Shown piece after piece: positions 19,701-27,461 of a stretch of DNA of 64,000 nt. Under the pieces are notes generated by a model. That model saw only the letters and a program-made list of their open reading frames with translations, was not told where the DNA came from and made no database searches. Within the stretch, counting starts at the first letter, position 1, and every line of letters begins with the position of its first letter. Origin of the DNA: Candidatus Latescibacterota bacterium (GTDB lineage Bacteria; Latescibacterota; UBA2968; GCA-2709665). A program made the translations under genes and the position numbers. The DNA is taken from contig CBDDDZ010000005.1 in assembly GCA_965226795.1 (NCBI GenBank), positions 1,280,001-1,344,000 of the forward strand. Reading direction: 5' to 3'.

Positions 19701-20034
19701 GAAACTGGAGGCTATTGAACGGGCATGCCAGGTAAGGCTGCGCCCGATTCTGATGACCACGTCAACCACCGTGTTGGGGTTGTTGCCAATGGCCCTTGGG
19801 ATTTTCGATTTCAGGCCTTTTGTGGCGAACATTGAATCCGGCCTCGAAATCGTAATGCCGGGTGGCGCCTTATCGTACGTTATGGGGGCCCTGAACGTTG
19901 TCTTTCCGGTGGGGCAGGGCGCGGAAATTCGTGCGCCGATGGCTATTACCGTAATCGGCGGCCTCGTGATTTCAACACTGGTGACGCTGGTATTGATTCC
20001 CACGCTCTATTCGCTGATCGACCGGAAAGAATAG
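16768..20034 (+). CDS. RND efflux permease, AcrB/AcrD/AcrF family
   Basis: 1088 aa. LNIMSLGGLALGIGMLVDNSIVVLENV, GIVVNNAIVLID, RLRPILMT. ATGA overlap with the MFP gene. Confidence 0.95.
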   Translation: MKLIEFSTRRRVTVTMFVVAAVIFGLVAFRRLSINLLPDITYPTLTVRTEYEGTAPSELERLVTEPVEGAVGVVTNVVRVSSTSRPGVSEVVVEFSWGTDMDFASLDIREKLDRLQLPQGAEKPVLLRFDPSLDPIMRIGLYGQESLVALRLLAEEHFKLDLESLEGVAAARVNGGLEEEIHIELDEPRLASLRIPIQQVVGRLGQENVNLTGGQLKDGEAEYVVRTVNEFRSVQEIQDIVVGERQGAAIVLSDVGRVFRGHKERKVINRINGRESVELAVYKEGDANTVTVADHITEALQRFQIEAGALPGGAQIEVVFSQATFIRASVAEVLNTAIMGGVLAVVVLYLFLGNPGSTAIISLSIPISVVSTFLLMFSSDVSLNIMSLGGLALGIGMLVDNSIVVLENVQRYREEGLSSLEATVTGASEVGKAVVASTLTTICVFVPIVFVEGIAGQLFRDQALTVTFSLVASLLVALTLIPMLASFDFGRSDGAAGAERRRLRPHSTLGLAKGIGVVLRAGWALGKGVVALLYPVFWLFELIMGSTYRFYPRVIGWALRHRAAVLLVAFALAGVSGLLVGFLGSELIPEMSQGEFNISVKMPVGTPLVTTERTIRDMERIVQAQPEVKLVYSAVGLSGSSDGSAGEERENVGQIKVALKEGIIRAREDAVMDRLRQEFRGIPAAECKFARPSFFTSRTPVEVEISGYNLSTLRTLSDELARRLEDVSGLVDVKTSAEGGNPEVQIRFNRKWVAQMGTNINEIGRLVRNKIQGEVATEFAQGDRKVDIRVRADEQYRSTVEDLKRLIVSPAGASVPIPLAVVADLSVKMGPAEILRVDQERVAVVSANLEGRSLSEVVDDIESVIRDIDFPPDYHVKIGGQNEERKRSFESMRLAILLAVFLVYLVMASQFESLIHPFVIMFSIPFGLVGVVWMLLVTGQTVSVVVLIGLIMLAGIVVNNAIVLIDYINVLRRERGMGKLEAIERACQVRLRPILMTTSTTVLGLLPMALGIFDFRPFVANIESGLEIVMPGGALSYVMGALNVVFPVGQGAEIRAPMAITVIGGLVISTLVTLVLIPTLYSLIDRKE

Positions 20035-20064
20035 AAGCAGGATCGCGAGTCGGCAGGAGAGGTT

Positions 20065-20835
20065 ATGGAGCCCGGTCCGGGAACGGATTCACAGGATAAA
20101 GCCTACGCGGAACGCATTCGGTCCAGTTCGCTCTCGGAACTGGAGGATATGTACGCGCACGTGGACCGCGGGGAATATCCGCTCCGGGCGGAAGATTTGC
20201 GGGCGGAGATCAGGAATCGGATAACGGGTCTGGAAAGTTTTCGCAACCGGCAGACCCATCAAATTGTGGTTTGTGCGAGTCTTTTTCGGCGCCTCTGGGC
20301 AAGCCTGATCGATCTTTTCATCCACCTCTTGATCCTGGGTGGGTTGTTTCTGGCAGGACGGTCCCTGTTCCTACTCGTTTTGAGTCTCGGAAACGACGGG
20401 GCGCCGGCTTCCGCCTTCTCCGTTCGCCGTGGTCCGTCGCCGCTGCAGGAATTCGGCGCTGGTCTGCTGGCCGGGGATCCGGCGGCTTGGAAGAACGGGG
20501 AACAGTGGATGCGAGTGGGTCTTTTTACACTATGTTTTTTAAGTTGCAAAGCGCTGCTGATTGTTCCGGCCTGGGGTCGTAAAGGAAGTACGCCGGGCAT
20601 GCGGGAGGCTGGCATCCGGCTCACCCGACGGACAGGGGAACCCATCGGTGTAAGGCGAGCGCTGATCCGGTTCTGGGGACAGTACGTACTTTTCGGGCTG
20701 ACGCTGGGGGTCGGTGCACTATGGATGATCTGGGACAAGCGGAGACAGGCGCTTCACGATAAATTGGCGGACACATGCGTGGTGCGGGAATACCGCACGT
20801 GGGAGAAGACCTACGAAGACCGTGTCTACGATTAG
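20065..20835 (+). CDS. RDD family membrane protein
   Basis: RRLWASLID, G.TPGM...GIR, RQALHDKLADT.VV. Confidence 0.85.
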   Translation: MEPGPGTDSQDKAYAERIRSSSLSELEDMYAHVDRGEYPLRAEDLRAEIRNRITGLESFRNRQTHQIVVCASLFRRLWASLIDLFIHLLILGGLFLAGRSLFLLVLSLGNDGAPASAFSVRRGPSPLQEFGAGLLAGDPAAWKNGEQWMRVGLFTLCFLSCKALLIVPAWGRKGSTPGMREAGIRLTRRTGEPIGVRRALIRFWGQYVLFGLTLGVGALWMIWDKRRQALHDKLADTCVVREYRTWEKTYEDRVYD

Positions 20836-20860
20836 ACGACCGTGGACGGACGATTTCAGG

Positions 20861-20889
20861 TTGCCTTTTGTCACCTGTTTTGTTATACT
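20861..20889 (+). promoter_or_regulatory. sigma70 promoter with extended -10
   Basis: TTGCCT (20861-20866), 17-bp spacer, TATACT (20884-20889), with TG at 20881-20882. Confidence 0.65.
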
Positions 20890-21128
20890 GTTCTAACTTT
20901 TCCTGCACGGTCAGCGCCCAGCTTCCGCACCTGCCTCCCCCCATAATGTCAATTCTCGGCTTTTTCGAAACCCAGGCATTAATCGACCGACCCCGGGTTG
21001 CGACGCCTTTCTCGGCAAGTACCCGTGTCTGAAGAGAATCCTCGAAACTTTTGCGTGATTCATGCTGTCTAAACGTACTGATGGTTCCACGGACGGGAGA
21101 ACGTCTTCCTATTTGCAGGAGTCTGGTT

Positions 21129-21566
21129 ATGCGTAAGCGGGTCCCGCAGGCGATTTGCTGCTTGCTTGCACTTGCGGTCGGCATGACGGCCGAACCGGTT
21201 CAGGCGAAGTCGTTTTTTACCTCCCGGCGGGCATTCGGCGTTCTATTTCTGGGTGGAAGCGCCGTAATGGCCAAGAAAGCCGTTGATTTCCGCCAGGACG
21301 CCAACAGGACCTACGGCGCCTACAGGCTCGCCAGCACATCGGAAGAGGCGGCGCGGTTGTATGACCGGACGGGCGACTACGATACCAAAAGCAAGATGAG
21401 TGTCGGGCTGTCTGTCGTTCTGCTGGCCAGTGGGTTGCGCTTGATTCTCTCGAGCGGAGTGGACGACACCGTTTCAAAGATCCGGACAAAAAAGAGGTTC
21501 AATGTGGATATGAAGAGCGACGTCAACAAGAGAATGGTCAAAGTTGCCGTCAAGAGGCACTTTTAG
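21129..21566 (+). CDS. Small exported/membrane helical protein of unknown function
   Basis: Signal peptide (VQA-K). Two hydrophobic helices flank an A..Y..Y..A...A..Y amphipathic segment. Confidence 0.65.
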   Translation: MRKRVPQAICCLLALAVGMTAEPVQAKSFFTSRRAFGVLFLGGSAVMAKKAVDFRQDANRTYGAYRLASTSEEAARLYDRTGDYDTKSKMSVGLSVVLLASGLRLILSSGVDDTVSKIRTKKRFNVDMKSDVNKRMVKVAVKRHF

Positions 21567-21636
21567 CCGAGGGGGCTGGGGCCGTCAGCCGGCGGCCGAC
21601 AAATATCAGTAGCTCTTGTGCATGAAGGAGTGGTTT

Positions 21637-23913
21637 ATGGCGCGCTGGAAATTCAACCCCCTCCGACTGGGGGTTTGGGGTATGCTGGCCATTGTCCTGG
21701 TGGGCGTGGGACGTTGCGGTCGTGAGCGGGAGAATCCGGTCGATCCGAATTTTCTCGGTAGCGAGGCGCTGGACCCGCCCGGGAACATCCGGGCACAGGG
21801 TGACATCGGCCGCATTCTGTTAACCTGGGATGCCGTGAAAATCAATGAGCTGGCTGGGTATGGTGTTTGGCGGGCCGCGTCGGCCACGAGCGAGTATACC
21901 CGTCTGAGCGGCGAATCGAACGATGCGAACGTAACGACCGCTCGTACGGTCTTCGTCGACTCCACCATGGACGTTTCGGCGTTGAGAGTTTATTTCTACA
22001 CAGTCAACACGGTGGATGTCAACGGACAAGCCAGCGAAAGGTCGGCCTTTGTCAGCGCAGAGGTGCGCGAAGACAAAAGGCCGCCGGGGTCGCCTTCGAA
22101 TCTTTCCGCCGTTAGCGACGAAAATACCGGTCACGTGGCGCTTGTCTGGAACGCGCCCAGAGCGGATGAGGGCGACCAGGACCTGACCGGTCTGGACGGT
22201 TACAGGGTTTTCAGGGCAAGAGACACCGAAGACGCTTTTGTTCTGATTGCCACGGTTCCGGCAGCACAAACCACATTTACGGATACGACGCAACTGAAGT
22301 CCGATGTCCGGTATTTCTATCAGATTTCGGCGATCGACCGGTTCGACAACGAAAGCGCGCGTTCCCGCTCCGTGTCGGTTAACGCAGCGGATATCGGAAT
22401 TGCCGCGCCGGGCGGCCTGCGCACCATAAGCAAGGTCGGCAAGATCGAGTTGCAGTGGAACCCGTCAAACGAAGACAATCTTCTGGGTTATCTGGTGTTG
22501 CGGTCGACGTCCACGCAGGCGCCGTTCGAGCCGGTATCGTCGAATATTCCGTTTACCACGGCCCAGACCGTGTATATCGATAGGGATGTGGACGTCGATG
22601 TGGTCTATTTTTACCGTGTCCGGGCGGTCGCACAGGATCCCGAACGTGGTGTTGTTGTCGGCGAAGCGTCTCCCTTTGTCGACGGGCAGGCCGAGGTGGA
22701 TGAAATGCCGCCGGCCGCGCCTTCGGACTTGAGCGTCAGCCTGGATGATGAAGATGCTGGCGTTGTGTTGCTGAGTTGGGCGCCTCCTACGAAAGATCAT
22801 GATGGCGGAGACTTGACAGGGCTTTCCCATTACCGGGTCTTCCGATCCAGGCAGACCGCCAGTTCCTTTGTTGAAATGGCACAGGTTCCAGGAACGCAGA
22901 CCACGTTCCGGGACACTGCGGTGGAGCCGCTAACGCTGTATTATTACACCGTGAACGGAGTTGACTTCGCGAAAAATGGCGGGCCACGGTCCGTACCGCT
23001 ATCCGTCAGCACGCCTGGTCTTGCTACTCCTACCCAGGTTAGGGCTATTGCCGGCAAGGGTAAAGTTACACTCGTCTGGACGCCGAATTCGGAGCCGAAA
23101 CTGAGCGGTTATGAAGTGATGCGCTACAGTGACCCGAGACAGCCGGAAGCTCTCGCTACGTTCGACACCGTGTGGCCAGCCTATGTAGATTCGCCTCTGG
23201 TTGGGGCCCAAACCTATGCATATCGCGTGCGCGCGTTGGGATCGGGCGGACTCAAAAGCCGATTGTCAGATTTCGTCCTGGCTACCGTGTTAGACGACGA
23301 TCTGGCGCCTGCTCCACCGGATTTCCTGTACGCGAAATTGTCGGGTGATACAGTTATTGAGTTGAGCTGGCGCGCTTCCACAACCGATGAAAATGGTTCG
23401 GAACAGACAGGCCTGCATCAGTACAGGATCTACCGGTCGGAGGGGTCAGGATCGGCCGGGTTTGAGTGGATTGCGACAGTCGACTCGACCACTCTGAGTT
23501 ATTTGGACGAAGATCTGGAGACTTCCACGACGTACAACTACCAGGTGCGCGCTATCGACGCCAGTGGAAATGAGAGCGAAGCTTCCAGGACGGTGTCGTT
23601 GCAGACGGGTCCGGACACCAGGGTTGCCAGACCGACCAATGTCGCCGCGGTTGTGCGTCAGCTTCCGGAGGAAGGAACTGTTGTGGTCGTCACGTGGACC
23701 GCGCCTGCGGGTATCACGCGCTTCCGCGTGAATCGCCAGCAGGTAAGCTCATCTTCGAGCGACAGTTTCGAGACCGTCTCTTACAGGCTTAGAGATACCA
23801 AGTATATCGACACCAACGTCGAGTCAGGCGGCACCTATATCTATCGCGTTGTTGCCGTGAAAGGTATCGAAATCAGCCATCCGTCCGACCCGGTGGTTGT
23901 GGCGGTTCCGTAG
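21637..23913 (+). CDS. Fibronectin type III repeat protein, probable lipoprotein
   Basis: AAGGAG RBS, signal peptide followed by C-GRERENPVDP, and about seven FN3-like units (P..L...L.W...GY.V.R...D...Y.Y.V.A.D..NES). Confidence 0.85.
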   Translation: MARWKFNPLRLGVWGMLAIVLVGVGRCGRERENPVDPNFLGSEALDPPGNIRAQGDIGRILLTWDAVKINELAGYGVWRAASATSEYTRLSGESNDANVTTARTVFVDSTMDVSALRVYFYTVNTVDVNGQASERSAFVSAEVREDKRPPGSPSNLSAVSDENTGHVALVWNAPRADEGDQDLTGLDGYRVFRARDTEDAFVLIATVPAAQTTFTDTTQLKSDVRYFYQISAIDRFDNESARSRSVSVNAADIGIAAPGGLRTISKVGKIELQWNPSNEDNLLGYLVLRSTSTQAPFEPVSSNIPFTTAQTVYIDRDVDVDVVYFYRVRAVAQDPERGVVVGEASPFVDGQAEVDEMPPAAPSDLSVSLDDEDAGVVLLSWAPPTKDHDGGDLTGLSHYRVFRSRQTASSFVEMAQVPGTQTTFRDTAVEPLTLYYYTVNGVDFAKNGGPRSVPLSVSTPGLATPTQVRAIAGKGKVTLVWTPNSEPKLSGYEVMRYSDPRQPEALATFDTVWPAYVDSPLVGAQTYAYRVRALGSGGLKSRLSDFVLATVLDDDLAPAPPDFLYAKLSGDTVIELSWRASTTDENGSEQTGLHQYRIYRSEGSGSAGFEWIATVDSTTLSYLDEDLETSTTYNYQVRAIDASGNESEASRTVSLQTGPDTRVARPTNVAAVVRQLPEEGTVVVVTWTAPAGITRFRVNRQQVSSSSSDSFETVSYRLRDTKYIDTNVESGGTYIYRVVAVKGIEISHPSDPVVVAVP

Positions 23914-23942
23914 TCTTCTCATCTGATCGTGCAGTTGGCAAA

Positions 23943-23983
23943 CAGCAGAGCGTTGTCCCTTACAGCGCTCTGCTGATTTTTTT
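23943..23983 (+). terminator. Rho-independent terminator
   Basis: 14-bp stem CAGCAGAGCGTTGT / ACAGCGCTCTGCTG followed by A-T7. Confidence 0.8.
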
Positions 23984-24199
23984 GAGGGAGCCGGACAATC
24001 GGAAAGTGGAGATTCACGGTTCCGCGTCACATTTAAGGCGTTCGTATCCCTGCCGTTCGGCACACGTCAGTCCGCAGGTACTCTGTCCTGTATGACCCGA
24101 CAGCCGTACGCTAACGGCGGGATATCGATTCTGTGGAATTTCCACCTTAGTCTCTGTAAAAATAAGACTTGTGGAAATTCCTTCCTCGTCTCCGTCACG

Positions 24200-24216
24200 T
24201 CGGTACGCGGTCTGCA
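24200..24216 (+). promoter_or_regulatory. Candidate sigma54 -24/-12 promoter
   Basis: TCGGTACGCGGTCTGCA has GG-N10-GC spacing and resembles YTGGCACG-N4-TTGCW. Confidence 0.4.
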
Positions 24217-24269
24217 TAGTCACTGGGTGTTCATCGATGGTGTCCCGGTCACAAAATGGAGGACGGTCC

Positions 24270-25592
24270 ATGCAGCGCGTGCTTCTGGTGGATGGCGACA
24301 TACAATTTCGGAAGGAAATGAAAGCCCGTTTGACGCAGCGGGGGGTGAGTGTTGCGTGCGCGGGAACTGCGCGGGAAGGCTTGAAGATGTACAGGCGCGG
24401 CCGCCCGGCATGTGTGATCGCCGAGGCTGACCTCCCGGATGGGGACGGTTTTCCGGTTCTCGAGGAAGCGCACCGGCATACGCCGGTGGTTATGGTAAGC
24501 GAGGGATTTTCCCCGGACCAGGTTTTCTCCGCCATTTCAGGCGGTGCCTATGACTGTTTGTCCAAGCCAGTGGATGATCCGACGTTGGACGGACTATTGC
24601 ATCGGCTGAGCAGTGAGCGGAACCCGATACCTGCGGACGCAGGTCTGATCGAATCCGTCCCATACGTCGACGGCGAGATGGTCGTCGGGCGTTCCCAGAA
24701 GATGATCGAGGCGTTAAAAACGGTGGCAGCGGTAGCGGGCAGTTCGGCTACGGTTCTGGTCTGCGGGGAAAGCGGCACCGGAAAGGAACTGATGGCCAGG
24801 GCGATCCATCGGGCGTCACGCAGACCGGGGGCGTTTGTGGCCGTCAATTGCGTGGCCGTAATGGAAACCCTCACAGAGAGTGAGTTGTTCGGGCATGAAC
24901 GCGGCGCCTTCACGGGCGCTGCCGGCAGACGTGCTGGATGTTTTGAACAGGCCAGCCATGGCACGCTCTTTCTGGACGAGATTGGAGATGCGCTTCCAAC
25001 GTTTCAGGCCAAACTGTTGCGTGTGCTGGACCAGGTTGAATTCTGTCGCGTGGGCGGACAGGAATTGATCCGTCCGGATGTGAGGGTGGTTGCGGCCACG
25101 AACGCCGATCTGGAGCAACTAGTGGCGAAGGGGGAGTTCCGGGCGGACCTCTATTACAGACTCAGCGAAGTGACCGTTCAGTTGCCACCGCTTCGAGATC
25201 GCCTGTCGGATATTCCCTTGCTCGTGGGGCGAATGCTGAGCGAGATCCAGCGCCGCACCGGCCGGAACCTGGCGGGTATTTCTCAGGAAGCCATGCACCG
25301 GCTGATGGTTTACCCGTGGCCTGGAAACGTCAGGGAATTGCAGAATGTGCTGGTCCGGGCGGCGCTCCATTGCCGGGGCCGAACGGTCCAGTGCAATCAC
25401 CTCAAGGGGCTGATATGGGATGAATCGGGCGAAACCGACGATTCGCTGACCCTGGCGGACGTGGAACGCAGACACATCGAGCAGGTTCTGAACGCAACGG
25501 GCTGGAACCGGGGCAGGGCTTGCGAGATTCTGGGCGTATCGCGTCCAACGCTCCGAAGGAAGATCAGAGATTATGGGCTTCTCCGGGGCTGA
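24270..25592 (+). CDS. Sigma54-dependent enhancer-binding protein (REC-AAA+-Fis HTH) with atypical receiver
   Basis: GESGTGKE, ESELFGHERGAFTGA, LFLDEIGD, FRADLYYRL, WPGNVREL, and a C-terminal HTH. GGAGG RBS. Confidence 0.93.
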   Translation: MQRVLLVDGDIQFRKEMKARLTQRGVSVACAGTAREGLKMYRRGRPACVIAEADLPDGDGFPVLEEAHRHTPVVMVSEGFSPDQVFSAISGGAYDCLSKPVDDPTLDGLLHRLSSERNPIPADAGLIESVPYVDGEMVVGRSQKMIEALKTVAAVAGSSATVLVCGESGTGKELMARAIHRASRRPGAFVAVNCVAVMETLTESELFGHERGAFTGAAGRRAGCFEQASHGTLFLDEIGDALPTFQAKLLRVLDQVEFCRVGGQELIRPDVRVVAATNADLEQLVAKGEFRADLYYRLSEVTVQLPPLRDRLSDIPLLVGRMLSEIQRRTGRNLAGISQEAMHRLMVYPWPGNVRELQNVLVRAALHCRGRTVQCNHLKGLIWDESGETDDSLTLADVERRHIEQVLNATGWNRGRACEILGVSRPTLRRKIRDYGLLRG

Positions 25593-25746
25593 CGGAGTCG
25601 TCCTGCCGCAATGCACGGTCTAACGGCCCCCTGGCTTTGAACCCGCGCCAACGCGCTTGACATCCCGTGGGATGAGGTGCATGATAATACCGTTTCGGCG
25701 CACGAATCCGTGGATGCTCGTTTTCCTAATTTTGACAGGAGGGTGG

Positions 25747-26934
25747 ATGGGATATCTGGTCGACCTGGTATGTACCCGTTGTGGAGGAACCCACGAAAAG
25801 CACAGACTTTGGAACCTGAGCGCCTGCTGTGAGGCGCCGCTTTTCGCCAGGTACGATTTGGAGAAAGCGTCGAGATCTCTCAATAGAGCGGAATTGGGCG
25901 GGCGGGTGGCGACCATGTGGAGATACGAGGAAGTGTTGCCCGTCGAACGGGCGGCGTGCCGCGTGAGCCTGGGTGAGGGGTTCACGCCACTTTTGAAGGC
26001 AGAGGCGCTGGGGAGGCGGGTTGGTGTGCCCCATCTTTACATAAAGGATGAGGGTGTCAATCCGACAGGATCGTTCAAGGCGCGCGGGTTGTCGGCGGCG
26101 ATTTCCAGGGCGGCCGAATTGGGGGCGTCGGCCGTGGCCATTCCGTCGGCCGGGAATGCCGGGGGGGCGACCGCGGCCTACGCGGCGCGGGCGGCGATGC
26201 CTGCACATATCTTCATGCCAGTGGATGCCCCGGTGGCGAACAGGGTGGAGTGCCAGCAATTGGGCGCGCACCTGACGCTACTGGACGGATTGATTACCGA
26301 TTGCGGGAGGATGGTGACCGAGCAGAAGGTCGATAAGGGCTGGTTCGACGTATCTACGCTAAAGGAGCCGTACCGGGTAGAGGGTAAAAAAACGATGGGA
26401 TATGAACTCGCCGAGCAGTTGGGCTGGGAGTTGCCGGACGTCGTATTCTATCCTACCGGCGGCGGCACGGGTCTGATCGGGATGTGGAAGGCATTTGACG
26501 AAATGGAAGAAATGGGGTGGATCGGCTCTGCACGGCCCAGGATGGTGGCCGTACAGGCCACGGGCTGTGCGCCCATCGTCAGGGCATTTGAGGCGGGCGC
26601 CGAGTCGGCCGATCCGTGGGAAGGAGCCGAAACCATCGCCTCGGGTCTTCGGGTACCGGGTGCAGTGGGCGACTTCTTAATGCTTCGAGCCATTCGGGAA
26701 AGTCGCGGTACGGCTGTCGCCGTCACCGACGAAGCGATAATGGCATGCGTCGAGGAAATGGCTTCGGCAACAGGCATTTTTCCGGCGCCGGAGGGTGCGG
26801 CTACGCTGGCCGGCCTGAAACAGCTCGTCGCTGACGGGTGGATTTCTTCCGGGGATCGGGTCGTGCTGTTCAATACCGGGACCGGGCTGAAATATATCGA
26901 GGCAATTGAAGCGGCAAACTCCGGGCAGGGGTAA
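25747..26934 (+). CDS. thrC: Threonine synthase (PLP fold II)
   Basis: N-terminal CxxC, SLGEGFTPL, NPTGSFKARG, SAGNAG, EGKKTMGYE, PTGGGTG, NTGTGLKY. AGGAGG RBS. Confidence 0.85.
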   Translation: MGYLVDLVCTRCGGTHEKHRLWNLSACCEAPLFARYDLEKASRSLNRAELGGRVATMWRYEEVLPVERAACRVSLGEGFTPLLKAEALGRRVGVPHLYIKDEGVNPTGSFKARGLSAAISRAAELGASAVAIPSAGNAGGATAAYAARAAMPAHIFMPVDAPVANRVECQQLGAHLTLLDGLITDCGRMVTEQKVDKGWFDVSTLKEPYRVEGKKTMGYELAEQLGWELPDVVFYPTGGGTGLIGMWKAFDEMEEMGWIGSARPRMVAVQATGCAPIVRAFEAGAESADPWEGAETIASGLRVPGAVGDFLMLRAIRESRGTAVAVTDEAIMACVEEMASATGIFPAPEGAATLAGLKQLVADGWISSGDRVVLFNTGTGLKYIEAIEAANSGQG

Positions 26935-26967
26935 CGACAAAATCGCACGATAGGAGGTGCCGGGCCG

Positions 26968-27357
26968 ATGCTCAAACGGGAGATCGGGAAATTCCAGAGT
27001 TTCGTTCTTGAGGAAGGGGATACTGTCGTGGTGATGGGAAACCTGAAAGCCCACGCGGAATTCCTCGCACGGCTCGGGTTCAGCCGGCACCCGGAAACGG
27101 GCGAGTATGTAGGCTCGGGCGCCAATCTCTACGCAATGGCGCCGGACGATTTTTACGATAGATTCAGCGCGCGTACCGGCACGGATTCGGAACTGACCGC
27201 GCAGGCTTACGACGGAGAGAATTTCTACCAGATCGACGGACTGCCTCTGGCCGGTGTGAATTCCGACGGCGATCCCTGCATTCAAAGTATTACGGCGGTG
27301 GATCTCGAGACCCGGATCTACATTGAACAAGGCGTGGCGAACTTCAGGGTGGGTTAG
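26968..27357 (+). CDS. Hypothetical protein (129 aa)
   Basis: AGGAGGT RBS, typical codon usage, acidic globular sequence. No family recognised. Confidence 0.7.
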   Translation: MLKREIGKFQSFVLEEGDTVVVMGNLKAHAEFLARLGFSRHPETGEYVGSGANLYAMAPDDFYDRFSARTGTDSELTAQAYDGENFYQIDGLPLAGVNSDGDPCIQSITAVDLETRIYIEQGVANFRVG

Positions 27358-27461
27358 GCTCGAGAGCCGTTTGCGGCGCACAACGACGCCGAGACACGCC
27401 GAGTGGCGAAAGTACGCGGAACGCGGCGTGCGCCGGATTTTTTGTCGTCCCGGCAGACGCT

